Of a DNA stretch of 51,080 bases, positions 1 through 7,300 are shown one piece after another. Position numbers and translations under genes: made by a program. A model generated the notes under the pieces. That model was not told where the DNA came from and did not search any database. It worked only from the letters and a program-made list of their open reading frames with translations. The DNA is from a virus, in the IMG/VR virus record IMGVR_UViG_3300050501_000150, positions 1 to 51,080 of that record; one strand, given 5' to 3'. Each line of letters opens with the position of its first letter. Position 1 is the stretch's first letter.

Positions 1-127
1 CCCGTTTCTCGCTCCACGCCGCGAGCGCCTGCGCGGCCGCGTGTTCAGCCGCCGTTTGCTCTTTGCCTACGTTCAGCTCTCGAACAAGATCAGACCAGTA
101 GGCTTGAGAATGCGGTGGCAGGGCGTC
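1..127. repeat. Terminal direct repeat, left copy (identical to 50954..51080)
   Basis: Base-by-base identity of 1-127 with the last 127 bases of the window. Confidence 0.97.
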
Positions 128-199
128 AAATTCCTGCCCGTAGTTGCGCGCAGCGTCGCGCGCAACGGCTTCGATATCTGTTAATGAATCAGGTTTCAT
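1..199 (-). CDS. 5' part of an 88-aa hypothetical gene split by linearisation of the circle
   Basis: ATG at 199..197 overlaps the terL stop (ATGAAACCTGA). The frame stays open to base 1 and continues at 50953 downwards. Confidence 0.6.
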   Translation of the reverse strand, partial: MKPDSLTDIEAVARDAARNYGQEFDALPPHSQAYWSDLVRELNVGKEQTAAEHAAAQALAAWSEKR

Positions 200-1955
200 T
201 GTTAGGACTCCATCCTCCCCACGGATCGTCTATAGCGTTATTGGCCGGCGTCCAGCCGGACCAAGGATCGTTCGGATCGGCGTTCTTCTTGGCTTCCCTG
301 TTGCGGATCTCAGCTAGCTTGTTCTCCCGCGCCATTCGCCAGGCGTCCCACTCCCATGATCCTTCGGGAACATCGGGCTTGTTGGCAAGCCGCCAGCCTG
401 CGGGCAATTGCGCTTCGAGCTTCTCGTCTTCAGTCAACGACGCCATTTTCGGTCCCCATCGGCAGAAGATACCCCGCAAGCTGTCCATTGCGTCATCAAA
501 CCACTTGTACGGAACTACTTGCGACTGGCCACGCTGGGTCGTTACCGGCGTATCCGCGTACTTGTAAGATGCGAACTCGGCGCGGTGGCGCGCAAGTCCG
601 GCATCGGTCTTAGGGTTAATGAACTCGTCATCGTCAACAACGAGGAACAATAGCGGATGGCCTTTTAACTGCGGCTTGAACGGATGAGGTTTATCAAAAT
701 GCCTCAGCCTTAACATATGCCGCATCTGAGCGATTCCGGCAGTCTTAGCCGAGTCCATCGCTTGAAAGGGCAGCCCGAACTTGACGCGGTACGTGTCGCG
801 CTCCGACTTGGCCTCGTGACTCATTCGCCACAGCTCGACAGCGCCCTTGTAAGCGTCCGTCTCGGCTTTGATCTGCTCGGCGACGGTATCGACTAGCGCG
901 CCTTTGAATGTCCGGCCCCAGTAGAGGAAATAAAGGCCAGGAATACTTGAGTTCTCAGCCGAAGTCGCTATCAGACTGACAACCGCCGGATGTCCGTCTG
1001 TTGATCCCCAGTCGTGGCCGATGGCGCGGCGCCAGTGTTCGGGGATGGCGCGTTGGCCATAGACTCGGGCAAATTCTGACCACGTTATGACGTGGCGTCC
1101 GGGCAGCCCATCCTCGAACATCGGGAATATGTTCCCGCGTTCCCTAACCTGCCAGTCACCTTCAAGCAGTTGAGCGCGTGTAACGTCGTCGAGTTCGCTC
1201 AGCGACTGCTCATAAGACTCTTGATCCAAGTAAGGATTGTCCACCAACTTCGCCGGGACAAAGGCGCGTCCGTCTTTCTCGATGACGGCCAAGTCACGAC
1301 CAAATTCAGGCAGCCAGTTATCGGGTATAAAACGCTGCTGTACCCACTCTGCCCCAATGCCGCCGGGGTTACTGGCCGACCGCATCCGCAAGGGCACATT
1401 CTTCCCTGCCAATCTCCGCAGCCGACTAAAGAGGTAGGTATATTGCCGCTCTGTGAACTGTGTAAGCTCGTCGAATCCGATAAACTGGTACTCAGCGCCT
1501 TGGTATTGGTAGATGTCCGATTCATTTACGAGATATCCAAATGCCAGCACGGCGCCGCTCGGAAATCGCCACTGCTTCTTTTGTTCGTTCCAACTTGCGC
1601 CGGAAGAAGCAAGCCATTCGCGCGCCCTATCCAGCAACGCCCCCGGCTTGGATAAATCTTGAAATGTGCGCCGTAACAGCAATGCGGAATAGCCAGGAAC
1701 GTGGACATATTCAAGCGCCGCCATAAGCAAGGCCGACGACTTACCACCGCCTGCCGCGCCACCATAGAACGCCTCTCTATGCTCACACTCAAGAAACAGT
1801 TTCTGACGCGGCGTCGCTTCCTGCTGCTGGTAGGAGTCCACTGGCTTGTCGCTCAGCTCTTGCGGCTCCGTCGAGAAGTCGAAATCCTTTATCGCAAATT
1901 GTGCCGTAAAGGATGGCAAGGCTGTCTGGCGTGTGCTTGCGTAACCATTCCTCAT
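189..1955 (-). CDS. terL: Terminase large subunit
   Basis: 588 aa. Walker A FYGGAAGGGKS, Walker B FIGFDELTQF, and a C-terminal nuclease-like region (IGHDWGSTDGHPAV). Followed by the head genes across the junction. Confidence 0.93.
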   Translation of the reverse strand: MRNGYASTRQTALPSFTAQFAIKDFDFSTEPQELSDKPVDSYQQQEATPRQKLFLECEHREAFYGGAAGGGKSSALLMAALEYVHVPGYSALLLRRTFQDLSKPGALLDRAREWLASSGASWNEQKKQWRFPSGAVLAFGYLVNESDIYQYQGAEYQFIGFDELTQFTERQYTYLFSRLRRLAGKNVPLRMRSASNPGGIGAEWVQQRFIPDNWLPEFGRDLAVIEKDGRAFVPAKLVDNPYLDQESYEQSLSELDDVTRAQLLEGDWQVRERGNIFPMFEDGLPGRHVITWSEFARVYGQRAIPEHWRRAIGHDWGSTDGHPAVVSLIATSAENSSIPGLYFLYWGRTFKGALVDTVAEQIKAETDAYKGAVELWRMSHEAKSERDTYRVKFGLPFQAMDSAKTAGIAQMRHMLRLRHFDKPHPFKPQLKGHPLLFLVVDDDEFINPKTDAGLARHRAEFASYKYADTPVTTQRGQSQVVPYKWFDDAMDSLRGIFCRWGPKMASLTEDEKLEAQLPAGWRLANKPDVPEGSWEWDAWRMARENKLAEIRNREAKKNADPNDPWSGWTPANNAIDDPWGGWSPNNET

Positions 1956-2235
1956 CAGAAGCGACCTTTAATTGCACGAGATTGGCGCGCAAGATGGATT
2001 CAAGGTTCTGCCACACCAAGTCTGTAATAAGCTCTCTTTTTGACCCAATCTGTCCCAACTGCGGCGGTAAGTTCTCTTTCCACCTAGAGATATTCTGTTT
2101 TGGGATTCCGAGTTTATCGGCAACAGCCTGCACTGATTCGCCAGCGACGATCATGGCGAGCGCCTGGGCTACGATATGGACCGAATAACTCTTTTTGCCA
2201 GCGCGCGGCGTGCCTTTGTGGCCGTTCTGCTTCAA
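1789..2235 (-). CDS. Putative terminase small subunit (N-terminal HTH)
   Basis: 148 aa directly upstream of terL. HTH-like VQAVADKLGIPKQNISRWK. TTG start preceded by AAGGAG. Overlaps the terL ORF by 167 nt. Confidence 0.55.
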   Translation of the reverse strand: MKQNGHKGTPRAGKKSYSVHIVAQALAMIVAGESVQAVADKLGIPKQNISRWKENLPPQLGQIGSKRELITDLVWQNLESILRANLVQLKVASDEEWLRKHTPDSLAILYGTICDKGFRLLDGAARAERQASGLLPAAGSDAASETVS

Positions 2236-2240
2236 GCCGC

Positions 2241-2435
2241 CTACTCCTTATCCATAGCCGCGCCAGCCCACATATGTGCCTCTTCGAGCTTTGTTACAAC
2301 CAATGAGCGCTCGCGGGACTTTGGCGCATCGGCCGCAGTCAGCGCCTCAATCATCAACCTGAGAATGGCACGCTGATAGGTAAGATCAGAGTTGATCTCT
2401 ATATTCATCGGCTTCTGTTCAACTGTATTTTCCAT
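2241..2435 (-). CDS. Hypothetical 64-aa two-helix protein (SLVVTKLEEAHMW motif)
   Basis: ATG preceded by GGAGG. Tightly packed between neighbouring ORFs. Predicted helical hairpin. Confidence 0.6.
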   Translation of the reverse strand: MENTVEQKPMNIEINSDLTYQRAILRLMIEALTAADAPKSRERSLVVTKLEEAHMWAGAAMDKE

Positions 2436-2813
2436 CTATGCCGCCTCCAAAATCACAAACATCGCATAATCCCGCGTCGCCGCCTCGTCGCGTTCGGACG
2501 GTGAGAGGCTGCGGCTTTCAACTTTGTAAATCCAGGCTTGATCTACCTGCTGGCTGAACGTGGGAAGAGATGGCCCAACCGCCTCTCTGCCACTCTTATA
2601 TGCGTGGAATCCCTTATCACTGATGATCACCGCAAATCCGCTAGCAACGCTGGCAACCCTCGGCGCCACCTTCACAAGCCAGGGCAGAGCGCACAATTGT
2701 TCAAACCAGCTCTTATGAGTGCGGTAAATGCCGGCGGGCGTCTTGATTAGACAGATATTGGGATCAGTGTTTAGAAGCCTTTTCAGCTTTTTGTGTGAGC
2801 GTGTTGTGGACAA
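2436..2813 (-). CDS. Hypothetical protein, first gene of the late (terminase) operon
   Basis: 125-aa ORF with TTG start and weak SD. Abuts the downstream ORF. Confidence 0.5.
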   Translation of the reverse strand: MSTTRSHKKLKRLLNTDPNICLIKTPAGIYRTHKSWFEQLCALPWLVKVAPRVASVASGFAVIISDKGFHAYKSGREAVGPSLPTFSQQVDQAWIYKVESRSLSPSERDEAATRDYAMFVILEAA

Positions 2814-2835
2814 GTGTTTTTCTCAATAATAGTTC

Positions 2836-2864
2836 TTGACTTGATAACCCCTAGGGGATATTAT
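2836..2864 (+). promoter_or_regulatory. Sigma70-type promoter with CCCCTAGGGG palindrome in the spacer
   Basis: TTGACT (2836-2841), 17-nt spacer, TATTAT (2859-2864). 10-bp perfect palindrome at 2848-2857. AAAGGAG SD and ATG at 2926 lie downstream. Confidence 0.6.
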
Positions 2865-2925
2865 CCAATCATCGCAGCAGCAATGACGCAGCGCGATAAC
2901 GCTGAAAGGCACAAAGGAGAACATT

Positions 2926-3144
2926 ATGGTAGCAACAGTAAATCTTCCCGGCTCATCACACTTCAAATACTTTGTTGGCTCGAAAGCCGAGTGCGAAGCC
3001 TGGCTTGAAAAAGTCAAAAACGATTATCAAGAAAGATTCGGCGGAACCTGGTACAACGCCTACTCGCCCGCGCGAACGATTTCCAACGCCGAGGCCAAAA
3101 AGTGGAAGTACCGAGATGGTTCGCCAGTAATCAAGTCTCTGTAA
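2926..3144 (+). CDS. Hypothetical protein (plus-strand moron gene 1)
   Basis: 72-aa ORF with AAAGGAG SD in an AT-richer island. Opposite strand to all neighbours. Confidence 0.7.
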   Translation: MVATVNLPGSSHFKYFVGSKAECEAWLEKVKNDYQERFGGTWYNAYSPARTISNAEAKKWKYRDGSPVIKSL

Positions 3145-3182
3145 GAATCACTGATATTTTCCTTTGATGCCGTAAGGCGATT

Positions 3183-3458
3183 ATGACACCAGAACAACGC
3201 CAACAATCACTAGCCGCCGCGCGCCGCGCATGCGAACGGCTAAGCGGCTACAAATTCTCGACTAAAGAGATTTGTAAATTCCAGCAGGACACATCTCCAA
3301 GTCTAGGCTTTTTTGCCTACAACCTAGAGGAGTTGATTGACCACCTAATCACAGGTTTTCAACTACTAGACGCCAAAGAACAGAAACAAATTAAAGGCGG
3401 CGCGAAGGGCGCCAAATTCGGCAAGCGTGGCGGCAGGCCAAAGACAAAGCTATCCTGA
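3183..3458 (+). CDS. Hypothetical protein with basic C-terminal tail (plus-strand moron gene 2)
   Basis: 91-aa ORF ending in GGAKGAKFGKRGGRPKTKLS. Confidence 0.7.
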   Translation: MTPEQRQQSLAAARRACERLSGYKFSTKEICKFQQDTSPSLGFFAYNLEELIDHLITGFQLLDAKEQKQIKGGAKGAKFGKRGGRPKTKLS

Positions 3459-3645
3459 GCTGTTTCGCTATCGCCTCACGCCGCTTTCGCAGGTGTCAGC
3501 ATTCATTGTGATCCGGCCCCGAACCGCTTTGCCGTCTGTCTTTGCGTCTTACCCCGACGCGCAATAGCTCAGGGCCGAAAGTTTTAATCAGGCGGTTAGT
3601 TGAGCCTCGAAAGCTCCCCCAAAGAAAACCAACCAACGGCCCGAT

Positions 3646-3679
3646 ATTGCGGCATGTGCCCCGTACCAAGAGCCGCAAT
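3646..3679. terminator. Hairpin between convergent genes
   Basis: ATTGCGGC (3646-3653) pairs with GCCGCAAT (3672-3679), 18-nt loop, followed by GCTTATGTTTTTG on the plus strand. Confidence 0.3.
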
Positions 3680-3681
3680 GC

Positions 3682-3996
3682 TTATGTTTTTGTCTTCAAT
3701 TCATTCTTCAAATCTTTAAACTCTTCGCGCGCTTCTTTACGAAAATCCGAGACCATCGCCTTGACTTCGCCAAACGCGGCGCCAAACTCAGCGCGAGTCA
3801 TTCGGCCGGTGACGTCTTTTTCCAGCGCGTCCAGGCGTTCGATAATTCGCTGACGTTCGACGGCGGCTTGCTGCACGGCCTTTTCGTGATCGGCCTTACT
3901 AACCTTCGTCACGCTCGCGGCAAGCCACCCCACCAATCCAGACGCCGCCGCGCCTATGATTCCATCACCAAATGTCATAGAGCCAACTTGCTGCAT
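3682..3996 (-). CDS. Membrane-anchored coiled-coil protein (i-spanin-like topology)
   Basis: 104 aa with GAGAGGA SD. N-terminal hydrophobic segment IIGAAASGLVGWLAA followed by a charged helical region. Confidence 0.6.
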   Translation of the reverse strand: MQQVGSMTFGDGIIGAAASGLVGWLAASVTKVSKADHEKAVQQAAVERQRIIERLDALEKDVTGRMTRAEFGAAFGEVKAMVSDFRKEAREEFKDLKNELKTKT

Positions 3997-4058
3997 ATCC
4001 GCATCCTCTCAGGGGAGTAGTTTGCGGTGAGGTAATAAGGGGTTTATCAGTCGTTCAG

Positions 4059-4268
4059 TTAGGCCAGCAGCGGGTTATCGCTATACCTCGCCAGATCAGT
4101 GATCAGCGCCAGTTCATTCTCGTCAAGCTGGATGCCAGCATCGGCGAAGATTTCAGCCACCGTCTTGCCGGTCCTCTCCTGCTCACGGGCGATGTAACCC
4201 GCAGCCAGGCGGCCAATCAGCGCAGCCAATGCGGCGGCTTTCAGGATGATGTTTCCGTATTCGTCCAT
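4059..4268 (-). CDS. Hypothetical small protein with one hydrophobic helix
   Basis: 69-aa ORF. Its start overlaps the upstream stop by 1 nt (TAATG). Confidence 0.55.
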   Translation of the reverse strand: MDEYGNIILKAAALAALIGRLAAGYIAREQERTGKTVAEIFADAGIQLDENELALITDLARYSDNPLLA

Positions 4269-4744
4269 TATTGACCTCCCTTAGTCTTGATCAGGCCGAT
4301 GGTGTCGACGATGGTTAGAGTGACTTGCTTGAGCGCCCCGATCGTCGCATTGATTCGGATCTGCGCATTGGGATCTTTGACGCCGAAAGTACCATTTGAG
4401 ATCAGCTCCTGTACGGCGCTCACAATGTCATTGGCGAGTTTCTTCAGCTCAACCTTACCGGCGGGAGTCAGAGCGCCGGCGTCGGCGTAACCTCGCGCGC
4501 GGGTATTGAACGCTTTCAGCGCGTTATTCACCTTGAGCAATCCTACCGTGATCGCGCGAGCTTCATTGCGATCGATGATCCCCTGTTCTTCGAGTTCGTC
4601 TCGAACCTCGCGGCCATCGGCGATCAGGAGCGCGACACGATCCACATTCGTGGCGATACTTTTCAACTTATCGTCGGTGCATGCCTGGAGGCTGAAGGCC
4701 ACCAGCAGCAGCAGGACAATTCGGGCAACTGTTCTATTTCTCAT
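4268..4744 (-). CDS. Putative lipoprotein
   Basis: 158 aa. Signal peptide MRNRTVARIVLLLLVAFSLQAC with a lipobox-like LQAC. ATGA overlap with the upstream gene. Confidence 0.6.
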   Translation of the reverse strand: MRNRTVARIVLLLLVAFSLQACTDDKLKSIATNVDRVALLIADGREVRDELEEQGIIDRNEARAITVGLLKVNNALKAFNTRARGYADAGALTPAGKVELKKLANDIVSAVQELISNGTFGVKDPNAQIRINATIGALKQVTLTIVDTIGLIKTKGGQ

Positions 4745-4986
4745 TGAGTGTTTTCCTCAGTTTTTGGTGTGTCAGGTATTCGCGGCACGGGCGACGATGC
4801 TAGATACGCGGCTGCGGAGATCACACCGGACGTGGCGGCCAGGACTAATGTGCTTTTCCATTGGGCGCCGAGGTTGAATGCGTCTGGCTTGATGACCATT
4901 CCGGCGATCGAATGCGCCGCCCCGCTGACGAATACGGCCGCGAGACCATGCAGCCACAAAAGACCGGATTTAACTATAGCTTTCAT
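4741..4986 (-). CDS. Two-TM holin-like membrane protein
   Basis: I prefer the ATG at 4986 (MKAIVKSG...) because the longer ORF to 5040 would begin inside the terminator hairpin. Two hydrophobic helices and a charged C-terminus. Confidence 0.45.
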   Translation of the reverse strand: MKAIVKSGLLWLHGLAAVFVSGAAHSIAGMVIKPDAFNLGAQWKSTLVLAATSGVISAAAYLASSPVPRIPDTPKTEENTQ

Positions 4987-5001
4987 TGAGGGAGTCCCCA
5001 T

Positions 5002-5049
5002 AAAGCAAAAGCCGCATGAATGACTCATTTTCTGAATCACTCATGCGGC
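5002..5049 (-). terminator. Rho-independent terminator upstream of the lysis-like/late genes
   Basis: On the minus strand GCCGCATGA, 21-nt loop, TCATGCGGC, followed by TTTTGCTTTA. Lies 32 nt after the stop of the 5082..5297 gene. Confidence 0.6.
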
Positions 5050-5081
5050 GAGTTCTTACGAAATTGGTAAGCCTTGAACCG

Positions 5082-5297
5082 CTATCCGATTGTCAATTCT
5101 GCGAGCAGTTCATCGATAGTGGCTATCTCCTGCTTCATCCTGGCCGCCACTTCTAACAAGGTTCGCCTCTCACGTTCCTTTGCATTACGGCGATCGCTTA
5201 AAAACTTCCGCAACTGCTCTGGGCTAAGTCTAAGCGTTTCTACTCTTTCAACGCAAGTAATTTCCTGCGGTTCGTCGAGTTGTGACTGATCAGACAT
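5082..5297 (-). CDS. Hypothetical protein (71 aa, charged/helical)
   Basis: ATG at 5297 preceded by AAGGAG. The longer 5348 start lacks an SD. Confidence 0.6.
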   Translation of the reverse strand: MSDQSQLDEPQEITCVERVETLRLSPEQLRKFLSDRRNAKERERRTLLEVAARMKQEIATIDELLAELTIG

Positions 5298-5520
5298 CCA
5301 ACTCCTTATCCCATTTCTCACTCTTGAACGTCTCCTCAATCGCCTCACTTACCCTTTGCTCTACCCCTCTTCGCCTCTCCCTCTCCGATAAAATCCCATA
5401 CTGTTTGCCGTGAAAATAGCCGGCGCGGTAGGCCGTGCGAATGCCGGAAACGCCGGCGATAACGATCACGCAGAGGATAAAAGCGAAGACTAGCAATAGA
5501 TCGGTTGTGTCTGGCCTCAT
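5290..5520 (-). CDS. Hypothetical N-terminally membrane-anchored protein
   Basis: 76 aa. TM segment LLLVFAFILCVIVIAGV. ATGA overlap with the upstream gene. Confidence 0.6.
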   Translation of the reverse strand: MRPDTTDLLLVFAFILCVIVIAGVSGIRTAYRAGYFHGKQYGILSERERRRGVEQRVSEAIEETFKSEKWDKELDV

Positions 5521-6143
5521 GCAGCCTCCTTCAGTTTGCGGTATTCGCGGACAGCATCATCAAAAGCGGCTTGGGCTTCATGCTCAGCAAGATCCAGAAT
5601 ATTCCCGGCATCAGTCTCCCCGCCATCGATCTTGTAGACTCTGTAACTGGCTCTACTAGTTATATAAATTGCCGCCGCCGCGTCCGCCACCTTCTTCGCG
5701 GCTTCGAGTTCGTCCATAAGTGAGTGAATAAGCCTACGCTGCGCCTTGTATAGCTCCTGACTCTCTACTGCCTCTCGATATTTGCGAAACGATTCAGAGC
5801 AGCGCTCAAACATATCCTTCCAGCCGAGCGCCTCTTCCTGCGCTTTCGCCAGTAATTCCCCAGCCTCGCCACGTTTCAACGCCTCGTTTTCTTCTTTGAG
5901 GTTAGCGTTTTCGTTCAACGCGTCGCTTAATCGACGTTCTGCTTGCTGCTTCTCGGCGAAAGACTCAGCAGAGGAAATACCGTAGCGATTGGCCTGCGCC
6001 TTCCATTGCGAAACTTCCGCCTGCGCGGCTTCGAGTTGCGCTTGCAGGCTCGCCCCCTCGCTGGTCATAGCCTGCTGACACAATCGGCGCAGCACCTCAT
6101 TCTCACGCCGTAGTTGGTTTTTCTCGGTATCACTCCAGCTCAC
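5517..6143 (-). CDS. Coiled-coil protein
   Basis: 208 aa, heptad-rich and Q/E/A-rich. GTGA overlap with the VRR-NUC gene stop. Confidence 0.7.
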   Translation of the reverse strand: MSWSDTEKNQLRRENEVLRRLCQQAMTSEGASLQAQLEAAQAEVSQWKAQANRYGISSAESFAEKQQAERRLSDALNENANLKEENEALKRGEAGELLAKAQEEALGWKDMFERCSESFRKYREAVESQELYKAQRRLIHSLMDELEAAKKVADAAAAIYITSRASYRVYKIDGGETDAGNILDLAEHEAQAAFDDAVREYRKLKEAA

Positions 6144-6595
6144 AATGCCCTCCGTTTGCGCACAATCGACCGTGGTTGCGTCTTTATGGGTTTGTCCTTG
6201 TACCGGGCTATCTCCTCAATGTCCCGCTCTCGAATACAGCCAGTTCTCAGGATCTCAATCACGCAATCAACACTCCGCGCCACGACCACCAACGCGCCAG
6301 CCTGGATCAGCCCATAAAGCGTCCGTGCCTGATCCGGGCTGAGTCGCCCCTTCGCGGATTTGCACTCAACGGCTAGCAGTTTGCCGCCGCGCGCACAGCC
6401 GGTAATGTCAGGCCACCCCGGCGCGATCCTGCGAACAAGCTGGCCTCGCTCGTTGTAACTGCGCTTGGCCTCGGTGATCGTGTGCGGGATTCGCTGGACG
6501 CGCAGGTATTGAATGATCGCGTCTTGGATCTGCGCCTCTGTCGCCTCTGCGCGTAGAATCTTGCGGCATTGTTCGAGTGAGATTCGCTCTGTCAT
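6140..6595 (-). CDS. VRR-NUC domain nuclease
   Basis: 151 aa. PD-(D/E)xK signature GWPDITG ... LLAVECKSAKGRLSPDQ. Confidence 0.85.
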   Translation of the reverse strand: MTERISLEQCRKILRAEATEAQIQDAIIQYLRVQRIPHTITEAKRSYNERGQLVRRIAPGWPDITGCARGGKLLAVECKSAKGRLSPDQARTLYGLIQAGALVVVARSVDCVIEILRTGCIRERDIEEIARYKDKPIKTQPRSIVRKRRAL

Positions 6596-7095
6596 ACGCC
6601 CGCCTTTCTCAGTGCCTGCTCGACCATAACTTTCGCCTGCGGGAATCTGGCAGGCGGGAACAACTCGTAAATCCGCTCCGGGGAAACTTCGCGGGAAAGC
6701 GACTCAACGCCGAAAATCTTGCGCATTAACTGGTGTGCGGTTAGCGGATTGGCCAGAACATCCGCAGCATCGAGCGCTTCGCGCACACCGGGGCAGTTGA
6801 AAAAGCCGGCCAAGACAAGTTCTTTCCAGATGGCGCCATAGGGCGTCTTTTCTTTCGGCTTCTTCTCCCTCTTCGGCTTCTCTGGTTCCATGCCGATCTC
6901 CGTAATCCATATCAGCATTTCCCCGTCCGCATTGCGCGGAATGGTTCTCAGAAAGCCCCACGCCTCTTCGTCGAACTCGAACTGAACCAGACAGAAAAAT
7001 TCCCCCTTGGTGTTCTCTTTCGTTATCACCCGGCGGTTGCGCCAGGTGAGTTGGACGGGTTTGTTTATCTGCGCTATGCCGTTTTTGTCGCTCAT
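6592..7095 (-). CDS. Hypothetical protein
   Basis: ATG at 7095 (MSDKNG...) preceded by a GGGGGTGG SD. The ORF track extends it to 7149. Confidence 0.6.
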   Translation of the reverse strand: MSDKNGIAQINKPVQLTWRNRRVITKENTKGEFFCLVQFEFDEEAWGFLRTIPRNADGEMLIWITEIGMEPEKPKREKKPKEKTPYGAIWKELVLAGFFNCPGVREALDAADVLANPLTAHQLMRKIFGVESLSREVSPERIYELFPPARFPQAKVMVEQALRKAGV

Positions 7096-7300
7096 GCCGC
7101 CACCCCCACAATTACCCAGTATTTGCCGCTGGCCGTCGCCACCAGGCATTGCCGCTCGTAAACCGTCGCCTTCCCTATTTCGCTATACTGCGGATCTGCC
7201 GCCGGCCGAATCTCGCGCACGGTGCGCCAGACGCTGGACCGGCGCGGCTCCGGCCTGAGCTGGCGAGGAATGCGAATGGTTTGAAGTCTTCGGTGCGTAT

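Noticed and set aside
1-127. Interpreting the end repeat as a biological direct terminal repeat or as a duplicated gene fragment
   Set aside because: The repeat interrupts a single ORF that is only complete after circularisation, and its length equals a common maximum assembler k-mer. A physical DTR cannot be excluded without read data, but it is the less parsimonious reading.
3555-3620. tRNA-like string (GCAATAGCTCAGGG ... GAGCCTCGAAAGCTC)
   Set aside because: The D-loop-like TAGCTCAGGG is not accompanied by an acceptor stem, an anticodon arm or a GTTCGAATC-type T-loop. No cloverleaf can be drawn.
6704-7111. 135-aa alternative-frame ORF inside the 6592-7095 gene
   Set aside because: It is on the same strand in a different frame, with Arg/Gly/Glu-rich junk composition. 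The other frame has the SD and coupled stops.
7092-7220. Possible 42-aa minus-strand ORF whose stop forms an ATGA overlap with the 7095 start
   Set aside because: The only candidate start is a GTG at 7220 without any SD. The long 98-aa version overlaps the DnaC-like gene. The evidence is insufficient.
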